A stretch of DNA of 64,000 bases from an uncultured delta proteobacterium (GCA_963727445.1 CAVSGI010000027.1:64001-128000); one strand, 5' to 3'; counted from the first letter of the stretch, positions 23,126 to 34,420 are shown. Notes: generated by a model not told the origin, from the sequence alone. Translations and numbers: made by a program.

Positions 23126-24570
23126 CAGAACTTCAGCTGGGTCACGATCTGCAGGCGATCGTTGCTCACCTGCCGAGCGGTGTTCTCGAGGGTGAAAGTG
23201 TAGTTCAGCCAGGCGGTGATGCCGAGCGCCTTCGAGGGGTGCGCAAGCCGAACGCCCACGGTGTGATAGAGCAGCTCGAAGGTGGACAGATCCACGCCAC
23301 CGTCGTTGCCCCCGTTCTGCCAGGGATCGTAGTAGGCGAAGCGGTAGTTCACGACGAAGGGGAACGGGATGAAGGGCAGCTGGTAGCCGCCCTGGATGTG
23401 GTACTCCATCCGCACGCGATCGGGGCTGGCGATGGTGTCGTAGCGGGTCCGGAGGTACGTGAAGTGACCCATGAGCTCGATGCCGTAGAGCTCCACCGTC
23501 AGGTCCGCGGTGACCCCGAAGTCCTCCTCGTCGAAGCAATCGGGGAGCGGGCCCTCGGTGCGCGAGTTGTAGACCACGCCGCCGCCGAGGCGGACCCAGT
23601 CTCTGAAGTGCAGCTCGGCGCGCCCTGCGACCGCGAGGCGGGCGTTGTCGTTCAGGAGCTGGTTGATGCCGTTGCCGTTGAAGACTGTCGCGGAGTAGGC
23701 GACGCCCCAATCGCCGAAGTAGAGCGGCTCCGGCGTGCCGAGGCGCAGGCCGAGCTCGCGGTCGAAGACGATGCCGTTGAGCTCGAAGCCGCGCCCCACG
23801 GGCACGCCGGCGAGCCCCACCGCGCGACTGGCGAAGGGCAGCGCACCGTCGCGACCGAGCCAGCCAGCCATGAAGGGCACCTTGAACTGCCCCAGCCGCG
23901 CGCTGAGCCAGGAGGTCATGTCCCACTGCATGAAGGCATCCACCAGGCGCACGCCGAGATCGGCCTGCGGGGAGTTCACCACCCCGCGCAGGTCCGCCGC
24001 GCCCTCCGCTGACAGCCGGAAGGTGAGGTTCCACCGCGGCGCCGCGCCCTTCACACCTGCACGCGCGTTGCCGAGCACGAACCCGTCGTTCTCGCCGATG
24101 AAGTCGTACCGCGCGTCGTGCTGTACGTATTCGTAGCCCACGCGGATGAAGCCATAGGGCGCGATGGTCCAGCCCTCCTCGTCCTCCTCCGCCCCCTCGA
24201 CCTCGACCTCCGAATCAGCGAGGTCCTGGTCTTCCGCGATCCCCGCTCCCGAGCCCGTGCCCGCTCCCGTTCCCGTTCCCTCTCCCGCTTCCGTTCCCTC
24301 TCCCGTTCCCGTTCCCGTTCCCTCTCCCTCTCCCGTTCCCTCTCCCTCTCCCGTTCCCTCTCCCGCTTCCGTTCCCTCTCCCGTTCCCGTTCCCTCTCCC
24401 GCTTCCGTTCCCGAATCCGACTCGCTCTCCGTATCCGTCTCCGAATCCTCCCCCGGCGCCACGCTCCGCCCGCGCTCCCACCACGGGCGGGGATCGTCCT
24501 GGGCTGCCGCCGTGACGGAGAGGGAGGCCAATAGGAGCGAGGCGACGGCGACGGCTTTCGGACGGTTCAT
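23125..24570 (-). CDS. Porin (phosphate-selective porin O/P-like) with acidic G/E/T repeat N-terminus
   Basis: Signal peptide; LVDAF...[21 protein letters not shown]; terminal QLKF. Confidence 0.75.
   Translation of the reverse strand: MNRPKAVAVASLLLASLSVTAAAQDDPRPWWERGRSVAPGEDSETDTESESDSGTEAGEGTGTGEGTEAGEGTGEGEGTGEGEGTGTGTGEGTEAGEGTGTGAGTGSGAGIAEDQDLADSEVEVEGAEEDEEGWTIAPYGFIRVGYEYVQHDARYDFIGENDGFVLGNARAGVKGAAPRWNLTFRLSAEGAADLRGVVNSPQADLGVRLVDAFMQWDMTSWLSARLGQFKVPFMAGWLGRDGALPFASRAVGLAGVPVGRGFELNGIVFDRELGLRLGTPEPLYFGDWGVAYSATVFNGNGINQLLNDNARLAVAGRAELHFRDWVRLGGGVVYNSRTEGPLPDCFDEEDFGVTADLTVELYGIELMGHFTYLRTRYDTIASPDRVRMEYHIQGGYQLPFIPFPFVVNYRFAYYDPWQNGGNDGGVDLSTFELLYHTVGVRLAHPSKALGITAWLNYTFTLENTARQVSNDRLQIVTQLKF
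24245..24445 (-). repeat. Degenerate hexamer coding repeat ([12 protein letters not shown]) in the porin N-terminus
   Basis: ccgttc/cctctc units on the + strand. Confidence 0.85.
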
Positions 24571-24760
24571 CGGTGCGGGCCGAGGGCCGCGGGAGTATCC
24601 CGCAATGTCCTTGGAAGTGGCCAGCGTAGCGGCCACCAACGGCTCCCGCCGTATGCCACTTCGGGTGAAAAAGGGAAGCAATTTCGTTTGCCACGCCCGT
24701 GACATTCGTGGCGCGGTGATTGCTGTGAAGCTGGCGGCCCGGTCCCTACTCGGAGTCCCG

Positions 24761-26689
24761 ATGTATCCCGCTTTCGCTTCGCGTCTACGCCTCACCTTCG
24801 CCCTCGTTTCGCTGGGGCTCCTCGCCGCGTGCACCCCGGGTGGCGCGGATAGCCTCGGCGATTTCGCGATCGTCGCTCCGCTCGAAGGGGCGCGGGTGGG
24901 GACCAGCGCCGTCCGCGTCCAGGGCCACGTCGGCAACGACGCGATCCACTCCGTGCTCGTGAACGGAGAGACGGTCGCCGTGAGCGACGGGGAGTTCCAC
25001 ACCACGCTTCTGCTCGACGACGGGCCCGCCCGGATCGAGGCGAGCGCCGGTGAGCTGGTCGACGTGGTCAACGTCTACGTCGACAGCCGCGCCCCGACGG
25101 TGGTGATCGACGCACCCATCGCCGGCAGCTTCATCGAGGGCGATCGCTTCGAGCTTCGCGGTCACTTGGAGGATGCGACCAACGCGACCGTCACCGTCGA
25201 CGGCGAGAGCGTCGAGCTCGACGCCAGCGGCGCGTTCACCTGGGGGCGCGACGTACGCCCCGGCGCCCACCGCGTGCGCGTCCGCGCCGAAGACGACCTC
25301 GGTCACGTGGGGAGCGCCTTCACCAGCGCCATCATCGGCCACTTCGCCGACCCCGAAGCGCCGCTGACCCGCGCGATCTCCCTCGCCCTCGGTCCCGACG
25401 CTCTGCGCGCCATCACCACCGTGGCTGCGCCGCACATGTCCCCCGAGGCCGTCGCCCCCTTCATCATGGCGGCGAACCCCGTGGCCGAAGGCTTCTGGGG
25501 CGAAGTGAACGCCTCGGGGGAGAGTCACAATCCCGTCTACCTGCGGATCACGCCCGGCAACGGGGCCCTCGACGTCGGGATCGACGTGCCCAACATCGCG
25601 GTCCCCTTCGTCGCCAGCCTGGCCGGCTTCGACATCTCGGGGACCGCCTACGTCGGGATGGCGTACATCACGGCGACCGCCTGGGTCGATGCCGCCGACG
25701 GCCGGCCCGTGGTCGACATCGGCCGCTCGGAGGTGGCCCTGCAGGATGTCCTCATCGACGTCGACGGCCTGTGGGATTGGGTCGACCAGCACGTGGTGAC
25801 CGCCGCCCTTCGCGGGACGATCGAGAGCAGCCTACAGGACGCTGTCGCGAACGAGATCCCGACGGCGATCGAAAGCGCTCTGGCGACGCTGCCCATGTCC
25901 CAGGAGATCGAGCTCCAGGGTTATCGCGCGGAGGTGCTCGGCGCGGTGGCGGAGCTCCGCTCCACCGAGGAGGGGCTCAAGGCGGTGCTCGACGCCGGGG
26001 TGCGCCCCGTCGGTGGCCCTGGCGCGGCGATGCGCGACGCGCCGGGCGCGTTTTTCCTCGGCTCCGGCCTCGAGCCCGACTCGGCGCTTCCCGGCGTCGA
26101 AGGCGCCGTCACCCTCGACCTCATCAATGCGGCCCTTCACGCGGCCTGGGGCGTCGGCGCGCTCGCCCACCGGCTGGACGAGGTGCCCGGGCCCGGGGGA
26201 ACGCCGCTGAACGTCGGCCTGGTGAACGTGGTGCTGCCTGTCAGTGGCGCCCCCCAAGACGCGCTGGTGTCAGTGGAGGTGGAGGCCGCCCTGCCCCCGG
26301 TGGTGCAGCCGACCGACACGGGCCTCGAGATGAACGCCGCTGACCTCCACGTGCGTCTCTTCGCGCCGGTCGATGGGGAAGACACGCTCCTGGCGAACGT
26401 GTCCTGCGGCGTGCGCGCCACGGTGACGCCGATCCTCGCGGCCGACGGCCTGGGCCTGACCTTCGACGAGGTCGAGGTGACCATCGACGGCATCGGCGAG
26501 CTGGATGGCCTGCCGCCGCCCGAGGATCTCGACCACCTCCTGGGCGAGCTGTTGGCCCCCCTGCTCGCCTCTCACGGTGAGCTTCGCGGCCTGTCGATCC
26601 CCACCGTCGCGGGATTCGACATCGGCGCCGACGCCCTCTTCGTCCACGAAGGCTACGTGGTGTTCCAGGGCGAGCTCGACGCGCACTGA
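24761..26689 (+). CDS. Lipoprotein with two Ig-like domains and a putative BPI/LBP (TULIP)-like region
   Basis: Lipobox LAAC; Ig-like VxGxV...VNG...D..G; VTLDLINAALHAAWGVGAL resembles the BPI C-domain helix. Confidence 0.65.
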   Translation: MYPAFASRLRLTFALVSLGLLAACTPGGADSLGDFAIVAPLEGARVGTSAVRVQGHVGNDAIHSVLVNGETVAVSDGEFHTTLLLDDGPARIEASAGELVDVVNVYVDSRAPTVVIDAPIAGSFIEGDRFELRGHLEDATNATVTVDGESVELDASGAFTWGRDVRPGAHRVRVRAEDDLGHVGSAFTSAIIGHFADPEAPLTRAISLALGPDALRAITTVAAPHMSPEAVAPFIMAANPVAEGFWGEVNASGESHNPVYLRITPGNGALDVGIDVPNIAVPFVASLAGFDISGTAYVGMAYITATAWVDAADGRPVVDIGRSEVALQDVLIDVDGLWDWVDQHVVTAALRGTIESSLQDAVANEIPTAIESALATLPMSQEIELQGYRAEVLGAVAELRSTEEGLKAVLDAGVRPVGGPGAAMRDAPGAFFLGSGLEPDSALPGVEGAVTLDLINAALHAAWGVGALAHRLDEVPGPGGTPLNVGLVNVVLPVSGAPQDALVSVEVEAALPPVVQPTDTGLEMNAADLHVRLFAPVDGEDTLLANVSCGVRATVTPILAADGLGLTFDEVEVTIDGIGELDGLPPPEDLDHLLGELLAPLLASHGELRGLSIPTVAGFDIGADALFVHEGYVVFQGELDAH

Positions 26690-26731
26690 GTCTGAGACGC
26701 CGACAGGGCGCGACGTGGTAAATCATGACGC

Positions 26732-27454
26732 GTGCCCGTCTACCTGCTGACCGAGGAGCTCCTCTTCCCGCCGCCCTCCGGGGCGACGGAGGAAGGCCTG
26801 GTCGCGGTCGGCGGTGATGCGTCGCCCGCGCGCCTCGAGCTCGCCTATCGCGAAGGGATCTTCCCGTGGCCGATGCGCGGGATGCCGCTCCTGTGGTTCT
26901 CCCCCGACCCGCGCTTCGTCCTCTACCCCGGCGAGGTGCACGTCTCTCGCTCGCTCCGCCGCACCATCCGTCGCGGTCGCTTCGAGGTGCGCATGGACAC
27001 GTGCTTCGCCGAGGTGATCGACGCCTGCGCTGCGCAGCCGCGGCCCGGGCAAGACGGCACCTGGATCACCCGCGAGCTCGTCGACGGATTTTCGGCGCTC
27101 CACGAGAGGGGCCTCGCGCACAGCATCGAGGCCTTCGTCGACGGTGCGCTGGCCGGGGGGCTCTACGGCATCTCCCTCGGCCGCGCCTTCTTCGGAGAGT
27201 CGATGTTCGCGCGGCGCCCCGACGCCTCCAAGGTCGCCTTCGTCACGCTCCTCGGCCACCTCTTCGGCGCCTGGGACTTCGACTTCGTCGACTGCCAGGT
27301 CTACACCGATCATCTGGCGAGCTTCGGCGCCCGCGACGTAGCGCGCTCCACGTTCCTCGACGCGCTCGAGGTCACCTCGAAGCTGCCCACCCGCCGCGGT
27401 CCGTGGTCGGCGGAGCTCACCCCCGCCGAGGCGCTCTCACGCCTCAGCGGTTGA
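26732..27454 (+). CDS. aat: Leucyl/phenylalanyl-tRNA--protein transferase
   Basis: GLVAVGGD...AYREGIFPW...WFSPDPR...GGLYG...FFGESMF...DASKVA...DCQ. Confidence 0.97.
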   Translation: MPVYLLTEELLFPPPSGATEEGLVAVGGDASPARLELAYREGIFPWPMRGMPLLWFSPDPRFVLYPGEVHVSRSLRRTIRRGRFEVRMDTCFAEVIDACAAQPRPGQDGTWITRELVDGFSALHERGLAHSIEAFVDGALAGGLYGISLGRAFFGESMFARRPDASKVAFVTLLGHLFGAWDFDFVDCQVYTDHLASFGARDVARSTFLDALEVTSKLPTRRGPWSAELTPAEALSRLSG

Positions 27455-30090
27455 AGAAGATCGGGTTGGTCACACCGAAGGGCAGCCGGGTCGGATGCAC
27501 CGGGGCGAGGTCGTCGGTCCCGTCCGCGACGAAGACCACCCAGCTCCCGGCGGGCGCGACGGATATCTCGATGTCCTGCGACAAGCGCGTCGTCGGCTCC
27601 ATGGGATCGCGCGTCGTCTCGTCGAGGGTGATGGTCTCGGTCATCACGCCGTCGACGAAGACCCGCAGGCGGTTCGCGTCGATCCAGTTCGCCGCCTGAA
27701 CACGGACGCTCACCGTCTCGCGATCCATCGCCCCCATCACGTCACCGCCCGGCCCGACGTCGCCACGCGCCAGCGCGTCGACGTAGATGCCGCCGCTGAC
27801 AGTCACGTGTCCGTCCCTCACCTGATCGCGCACCACGGTGGCGCCCATCGCGCGGAGCGTCGCCGGCTCGTCGGTGCCCAGCTGCACGCAGGTGCGCGGA
27901 TAGCCCACCGGCGAGCTCGTGATGCGGTGGCTGTCGGAGGAGCCGACGGTGAACACCCGGCGGCCCGAGTTCAGGAGCGAAAACCAGTCCATCACCGTGC
28001 TGTCGGTGCCGCCCGTCGGGTCGTAATTCTCGTCGAAGGAGGAATCGTTGAAGACCTCGACGAGGAGAACGGTCGTCCCAGAGTCCGGGCGACTGACCAT
28101 GCCCGTCCGGGGTCGTACCGGCCTGGATGAAGTAGCCGGCGGACCCGCCGCCCGCGGGTGGTTGATGATCAGCGCCGGCGTCCTCGGGCCGCGCCTCGCA
28201 CGTCGTCGAAGACCGCGGGCGCGAGGCCGATCGTACCAGCGAAGGAGCCGCCGTCCGCTCGGAAGCGCGAGCTCTGGCACCAGCGGGAACACGCCGAAGT
28301 GGCCGTAGGTGAAGGTCGTCAGCTCCATGCCGGAGAGCCGAAGCGAAGTCGGCGAGGCCAGAGCGACTCGATCGACGGGCTGGAAGTCGTTCACCAACTC
28401 GTGATCGGTCCGAATCGGGATCTCCAGGCCGTCGGCGACCAGCGCGAGGACCTTGAAGGTGCCGGTGTCGGCCGAGTCGAGCGAGCGGTGGGTGTGGATG
28501 TGGAAGTCGGCGCACATCACGTCGGTGGTGTCGACCACCCGCGCCAGGGCGGCATCGACGTTGACGGTCTCCCCCTCTCCAACCATCACGTCGACCGACA
28601 CCACCTCGTACTCGTAGCCGCGGCTCACCACCACCGTCTGCATCCCGGCGCCGACCAGCAACGACGCGTGACCGTCCGCCGGGCTCACGATGTGGGTTCG
28701 CCCCGTTCGAAGCTTCCGCTCACCGAAGCGGTTCGGCGGCGCGTCGATGGCCGGCGAGGGCAAGACCTGGATGCGTGCAGGAAGGGACTCGCCGCTCACC
28801 ATGTCTCGCGCGTTGATCTCCAACGTGCCGACCGGACCCATCGTGATATCCGCGGTGTCGGTGGCGGCCGCCACCGCCGTCGGCCCGACCATCGGCTGCC
28901 CGCGCCGGAAGGCGGTGAGGTTCACGTCCTCTTCGGGGACGTGGAGCGTGAAGGTGCCGTCCTCGCCGCTGGTGGTCCGGGTGTAATAGGTCCCATCGGC
29001 CAGGTCGGCGTGGACCCGCACGCCCGGCGCGGGCGTGGTGCCGTCGTTTTCGTAGACCGTCCCGGTGATGGTGCGCTGGGTCTCGCCGTCGGTACGGGCC
29101 ATCGCCGACCGAAGCCCATCGAGGCCCGGACCACCGACGTCGAAGCGGCCCATCTCGACCGTCGTCTGGCTACACGCCTCGATCCGGTAGGGCGGGACCT
29201 TGAGCACGACCGTGCCCGACACCTGAAGGAGCACCTCGAGGGGCCCATCGGTCTGATAGGCATAGCTGGTGGCGTCGTCGTCGACGAAGCCGAGCCAGTC
29301 GGTGGGCATGGAGTCGTCGAAGTCGAAGCCGCCCAGCGGAGTGACGGCGGGCATGCGCGAGAACTGCATCGACAGGACGATGGGCAGCATCACCGGCGTC
29401 GGGGTCGCGCGTGGAGAGCGGAAGGTGAAGCGCTGCTGCACGGCGTCCGCGTCGGGCTCGAGGATGTAGTCGATGGCCAGCTCGATGTCGCCGTAGTCCT
29501 GTGGCGCGAGCGCGCGACCGAGCTCGTCGATGAAGGGGATGGGCTCGAGGGGTCCCTGTGCGCGCACGATGGCGGCGCCGCCGTCGCTACCGTCGGCGAG
29601 GACCGTGACGGAGGTCGGGTTGATGACGTAGCGACCGACGCCGAAGGAGAATCTCGTTGAAGTCGCCGGCGCGCGTGAGCGCGCCGTCTTCCACGGCGAA
29701 GATGCCGACGAGCGCGCCGCCCCACGGATCGTAGAGCTGGGAGACGCCGGCCTGTTCGATCAGGACCGCGACGTGATCGTTGGCGAGGAGGTAGTCGCCC
29801 GCGTCCCAGGTCTCGAGCCCGCCGGGATTGACCGGAAGGTCCGCTTCGGTCACGCGACCCGCGCGCGCCTCTCCAGGACCCGCGCCCAGGGGCTCGGGGT
29901 GTCCGTCGGGGTCGCCCTCCATCAGAGGGGGGACCGTCGACATGTCGCACATCGGAGGCGGACCGGTGTCGGCGGCGTCCCCGCCGGTGTCGCCGCCGGC
30001 GTCGCCTGGCGGTGTGTCATCGCCGCAGGCTGAGAGGAAGAGGAGGAGGGAGAGGGACGCTGTTACAGCGAAGTGACGGCCAAGCAGCAC
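27444..30090 (-). CDS. Second CehA/McbA-type PHP metallohydrolase lipoprotein, several frameshifts
   Basis: Lipobox LSAC; ADFHIHT, TDH, GME...GHFGVFP, NHPR, GSSDSH; frame break near 29645 and garbled stretches at 28060-28390. Confidence 0.78.
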
Positions 30091-30105
30091 GCGCTGAAGT
30101 TAGCA

Positions 30106-30459
30106 CTATTTTCTGCGCCGCGCGTCTCGGACCAGGTTCAGCGGCATCCCGAGGATCTTGCCCAGGATCAGCCCCCCGAGCCCTCCCCCCAGGAGCGGTC
30201 CGAGGATCAGGATCCCCACCATCAAAGGCAGCTCGTAGCCGCCGCTCAGCGCCACCCACACGCTGATGGGCACCGACGCGATGGCGAAGACCTTGTGGAG
30301 GAGCGCCTCCATCCAACCGACGCGATACGGGATGATGGTGCCGCAGAGGTGACCACATCCCGGGCACTTCACCTCGTCGGGCGGCAGGCGAAAGTCCGAA
30401 AGCTCCCCCTTGAGCGGCAGTGCGTGGTTGCACTTCTCGCATCGCGCGGCGCTGAGCAT
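30106..30459 (-). CDS. Small zinc-ribbon membrane protein
   Basis: CEKC...CPGC followed by two TM helices. Confidence 0.65.
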   Translation of the reverse strand: MLSAARCEKCNHALPLKGELSDFRLPPDEVKCPGCGHLCGTIIPYRVGWMEALLHKVFAIASVPISVWVALSGGYELPLMVGILILGPLLGGGLGGLILGKILGMPLNLVRDARRRK

Positions 30460-30469
30460 GCGAGACCTT

Positions 30470-31810
30470 CTAGTCCGATTCTTCCGCGGGTGCAGCCGGA
30501 CGGCCGGGATGGCCCAGGCGCACCTGGGAAAGGTCGCGATAGCGCTCGAAGAGGCGCTCCTGGCGAGAGGTCATCGGCGTCGGCTCGCCCCGGACGAAGA
30601 CGTGTGTCGCCCAGGTCGTGAGCTCGAAGGGGTCGCCGTTCCAGACGACGACGTTCGCCACCTGGCCCGGCGCGAGCTGACCGTGATCGCGGTCCATGCC
30701 GAAGACGCGCGCGGGCTCGACCGTGACCGCGCGCAGGGCCGCGCCCCGGTCCATGCCCCAGGCGACGGCGTTGCCTGCCTCCTGTCGGAGCTGGCGCACG
30801 TCGTGGGCGCCGTGATGCATCGCCGTCGTGAGGATGACGCGCGCCCCGGCCGCCGCGAGGAGCGCGGCGTTGTCGTAGCGGGTGCCGAGCGCCGAGAACG
30901 ACGTCGGGAGATTGGAGAGCGGATGCACCATCACGGGCACATCGGCCGCCGCAATCTCATCGGCGACACGCCACCCCTCTTCGACGCCTGCGAGGACCAG
31001 TCGCAGGCGGTACTGTCGCGCGAGCTCGAGCACGCGCAGGATGTCGGCCGCGCGCGAGACCTTCACCACCACCGGGATCCGGCCAGCCAGCGCTTCGTTC
31101 ACGCGCTCGAGGTCGAGCCGGCTGATGCTCAGCTCCCGAAGCCCCCGACGATCGTAGGCGGCGCGGCTGCGCGCATAGAGGCGTGCGTCCTCGAAGAGCT
31201 CGCGAAGGCGCATCAGCGCGCTCGGCATGGCGCCGCCCGCCGCGGCGACGCCGCTGTCGTTCAGACTCACGTGAAGCGCGGCGTCGGGCCGGGCGATCAT
31301 CTCCGCCGGCGTGTCGCCCCGAAGGTCGAGCCACGCGCTGGTCCCCGGCACCAGCCCGCCGACGGGCGTCGACAGGGCGCTGGTGACGCCGCCCATCCGG
31401 GCGACGGGAATCAACGTCGAGCGGGGATTGAACCCATCGGCCGCGCTGAACGCCGCCCGGACCGGGTCGGCGGGCTCTCCCTCAGTGCTTTCCGGCGCCG
31501 AGTCGCGCGTCGAGTCCTCGGCCCCGATCTCGACGAGCCCGATCGGCGTGCCCGCCGCGACCAGACCCGCCGTCACGATCCCACCCGCCGCGTCGATGCG
31601 CGTCGCGCCCGCGGGCGCCGCGGCGTTCGGCCCGGCGGCGACGATGCGCCCGTCGCGGATCACCACCGTGCCCGCGGCGGGCTCCCCCTCCCCGGTCCAG
31701 AGCAGCCCATTGTCGATCACGTAAACCGATGGCGCGTCGTCCTGGGCGCGCGCGTGCGCGCTCACGAAGGTCATCAGCAGGAGCGAGAGAAGCGGGAGGG
31801 CGCGCCTCAT
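30470..31810 (-). CDS. Secreted amidohydrolase-family protein lacking the HxH motif
   Basis: Signal peptide; IDAAGGIVTAGLV, GQLAPGQVANVVVWNGDPFE; ATGA overlap. Confidence 0.85.
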   Translation of the reverse strand: MRRALPLLSLLLMTFVSAHARAQDDAPSVYVIDNGLLWTGEGEPAAGTVVIRDGRIVAAGPNAAAPAGATRIDAAGGIVTAGLVAAGTPIGLVEIGAEDSTRDSAPESTEGEPADPVRAAFSAADGFNPRSTLIPVARMGGVTSALSTPVGGLVPGTSAWLDLRGDTPAEMIARPDAALHVSLNDSGVAAAGGAMPSALMRLRELFEDARLYARSRAAYDRRGLRELSISRLDLERVNEALAGRIPVVVKVSRAADILRVLELARQYRLRLVLAGVEEGWRVADEIAAADVPVMVHPLSNLPTSFSALGTRYDNAALLAAAGARVILTTAMHHGAHDVRQLRQEAGNAVAWGMDRGAALRAVTVEPARVFGMDRDHGQLAPGQVANVVVWNGDPFELTTWATHVFVRGEPTPMTSRQERLFERYRDLSQVRLGHPGRPAAPAEESD

Positions 31811-33336
31811 GGCGTCGCCTCCAAATCGAGGCCGGTCTCGAAATCGGTCGGGGTCGCCTGCGCTCCGTCGCGGCCGCGCTCGTAGACCAGGAGCCCGTCG
31901 ACGTAGACGCGCTCGGCGCGGCTGTAGACCGAGAAGGGAGAGCCCGACCAGACCACGACGTCCGCCATCTTCCCCGTCTCGAGGGTGCCGGTCTCGTCCT
32001 GGATGCCGAGGGCCCACGCCGGGTTCGCCGTGAGCCAACGGAGCGCCTGGTCTTCGGTGATCGCGATCCCCACCCGTCTGCCGGCGGCCATCGCCTTGGC
32101 GGCCTCCTGGTTGAGATGCTGGATGCCCTGCGCGGAGTCCGAGTGGACGATGCCGCGAACGCCCGCCTCGGTGAGGAGCGCGAGGTTTTCCGGGATCGCG
32201 TCGTAGGCCTCGAGCTTGAAGCCCCACCAGTCCGCCCAGGTGCTGATCGCGACCTCTTCCTCCGCGAGGATGTCGCGGATCTTGTAGGCCTCCACCGCGT
32301 GGTGGAAGGAGCGGATGTGGAAGCCGAACTCCTGACCGAGCTCGACCGCCCGCACCATCTCGTCCGCGCGGTAGCAGTGCATCTGCACCAGCACGCGCCC
32401 CTCGATGACGCCGAGCAGAGCCTCGAGCGCGTGATCGCGCGCGGGCGGCGCCGGCTCGGGGCCGGGATCATCGGGAGAGTCCTCTTCCTCCTCGTCGCCG
32501 TCCTCGTCCGACGGCGAGTCTTCATCCTCCTGCGCGTGCTCGAAGCGCCAGTGCTTCTGCTGCCAGATGCGATGGTTGTGCTGCCAGTCGCGGAAGCTCC
32601 GCCCGTACTCCGCCGCGTCCTGGAAGGCCGCGCGATAGCCGGCGACGCTGCCCATGCGGGTCGAGGGCGCGGTGTTGCGGCCGCCGTAGACGCGCTTCGG
32701 GTTTTCGCCGCACGCCATCTTCAAGGTCATGGGCGCTTCGTAGAGCAGCATCTCCGACGCCGAACGGCCGAGGTGCATCTTGAAGATCGCGCCGCGGCCA
32801 CCGATCAGGTTCGCGCTGCCCGGGAGGACCTGAATGGTGGTGATGCCGCCGGCGATGGCCCGGGGCAGCGCCGGATCCTGCGGCCAGAAGGAGTCGGCGG
32901 CCCAGACCTCGGCGGTCACCGGCGCGGTCGCTTCGTTGCCGTCCCGCGTCGCGTTCACGCCGGGCTGCGCGTAGACGCCCATGTGGGAGTGGGTGTCGAT
33001 GATGCCAGGGGTGACGTAACGACCCGAGACGTCGACGCGCATCGCTCCGTCGGGGATCGCGACCTCGTCCTCACTGCCCACGGCGACGAGCCGACCGTCT
33101 TGCATGATCACCACACCCGGCGACAGGACGTCGCCCGCCGCGGTCATCACCGTCCCGCCGACCAGCGCCACCAGCGGCGACTCGACCACGCGTTCGGGCC
33201 GGCGCGCGCTCTGCCAGGGCATCGGCGGCGAGCTGGGCTCGGGCGCCTCGTCATCGGCGCTTCGCGCGCCGGGAGTGCCGCCGCCGCATCCGAGCGACAG
33301 CGCAATCAGGACCGGGACCGAGAGGAGCTCACGCAT
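31807..33336 (-). CDS. Amidohydrolase-family lipoprotein
   Basis: TPGIIDTHSH, LKMACGENPKRVY, HCYR, HHAVE, HSDS, GTLETGKMADVVVW. Confidence 0.9.
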   Translation of the reverse strand: MRELLSVPVLIALSLGCGGGTPGARSADDEAPEPSSPPMPWQSARRPERVVESPLVALVGGTVMTAAGDVLSPGVVIMQDGRLVAVGSEDEVAIPDGAMRVDVSGRYVTPGIIDTHSHMGVYAQPGVNATRDGNEATAPVTAEVWAADSFWPQDPALPRAIAGGITTIQVLPGSANLIGGRGAIFKMHLGRSASEMLLYEAPMTLKMACGENPKRVYGGRNTAPSTRMGSVAGYRAAFQDAAEYGRSFRDWQHNHRIWQQKHWRFEHAQEDEDSPSDEDGDEEEEDSPDDPGPEPAPPARDHALEALLGVIEGRVLVQMHCYRADEMVRAVELGQEFGFHIRSFHHAVEAYKIRDILAEEEVAISTWADWWGFKLEAYDAIPENLALLTEAGVRGIVHSDSAQGIQHLNQEAAKAMAAGRRVGIAITEDQALRWLTANPAWALGIQDETGTLETGKMADVVVWSGSPFSVYSRAERVYVDGLLVYERGRDGAQATPTDFETGLDLEATP

Positions 33337-33382
33337 CGGGCGCGGAGCATCGCACACGCGCGGGGGCAGCGGTATGCGGGCC

Positions 33383-34420
33383 TCAGCGGACGATCAGCTC
33401 TAGCTCGTAGTCGTGGTCGTAGGCGCGGACGAAGATCCGCCCTCCCCGCTCGATGATGTACATGGGGCCGGCGTCGAGGCGGTGACGGCTGAGGCGGCGC
33501 CCGGTGTGGCGGTCGAGCACGTAGAGGTCGTCCTTTTCGTTGGTGAAGCCGTAGCCGGTGACGACGACGTCCCCCACCACCGCGAAGGTGCGCGCGTTGG
33601 CCTCGAGAGGCGCGCTCCGCCACAGCAATGCCTGCTGGTTCATGTCGATGGCCGACAGATAGGCGTTGTGGCCGCCGGTGGCGGAGGCATAGGTGCGATG
33701 GGCGTTCGAGACGTAGAGGATGTCGCCGACCACCCAGGCGAAGGTGGTCTCCATCTCGGTCACGCCCGGACCGCCCGTGTATTGCGAAAGGTCGAAACAG
33801 GCGCGTATCTGAGCGTCGTCGGTCATCACCACCAGGAGCGACGCGACGGCCGCGGGACTTCGATTCGGGCGGTACAAGAGGATGGACAGGTCGGTCTGCG
33901 GCACGACCTCCGTGAGTCGATACCCGGACACGGTGGGATAGGCGCTCGGGTCGAGCGTGGCCGGGCGTCCCCAGCTCCTGAGCGCGGGATCGGTGAGATG
34001 ATTCGTCCGAAACCACGCCTCCTCGTCCGTGATGCGGTTTCGGCGGCTCGAGACGCGACGAAGGCGGGCCGTGTGCACCGGCGTGGGACGGCGCGCGAGG
34101 GTGCGGCGCATCGGCGGCGCAGGGAGCCTCACGGGCCTCGCCGCGTCGAGAGCGCGCTGTGCCGGGCTCGCCTCGGCGTCCGGCGCGACCGTGGGCGCTG
34201 GCCCTGCCTCAACGGGCGACGCGCCCGGCGCCACCGCGACGACCCCCGGTCCCGCATCGGGTGCGCGGTCGCTCTCCGCAGGCGCTTCCTCTGCGGGGTC
34301 ATCCCCCGCACGCGGCGCCTCGGCGCGCTGCGGCGGCATGCTTCGGCCGCGCTCGGGCGACTCCTGCCGTCCGCCGCCACACGCGGCGATCAGGACCATG
34401 ACTGCGCTCAGACGCACCAT
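33383..34420 (-). CDS. Lipoprotein with Pro/Ala linker and PQQ-like beta-propeller tail
   Basis: Lipobox IAAC; LSAID...LLWRS and LYVLDRHTG blade motifs. Confidence 0.65.
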   Translation of the reverse strand: MVRLSAVMVLIAACGGGRQESPERGRSMPPQRAEAPRAGDDPAEEAPAESDRAPDAGPGVVAVAPGASPVEAGPAPTVAPDAEASPAQRALDAARPVRLPAPPMRRTLARRPTPVHTARLRRVSSRRNRITDEEAWFRTNHLTDPALRSWGRPATLDPSAYPTVSGYRLTEVVPQTDLSILLYRPNRSPAAVASLLVVMTDDAQIRACFDLSQYTGGPGVTEMETTFAWVVGDILYVSNAHRTYASATGGHNAYLSAIDMNQQALLWRSAPLEANARTFAVVGDVVVTGYGFTNEKDDLYVLDRHTGRRLSRHRLDAGPMYIIERGGRIFVRAYDHDYELELIVR

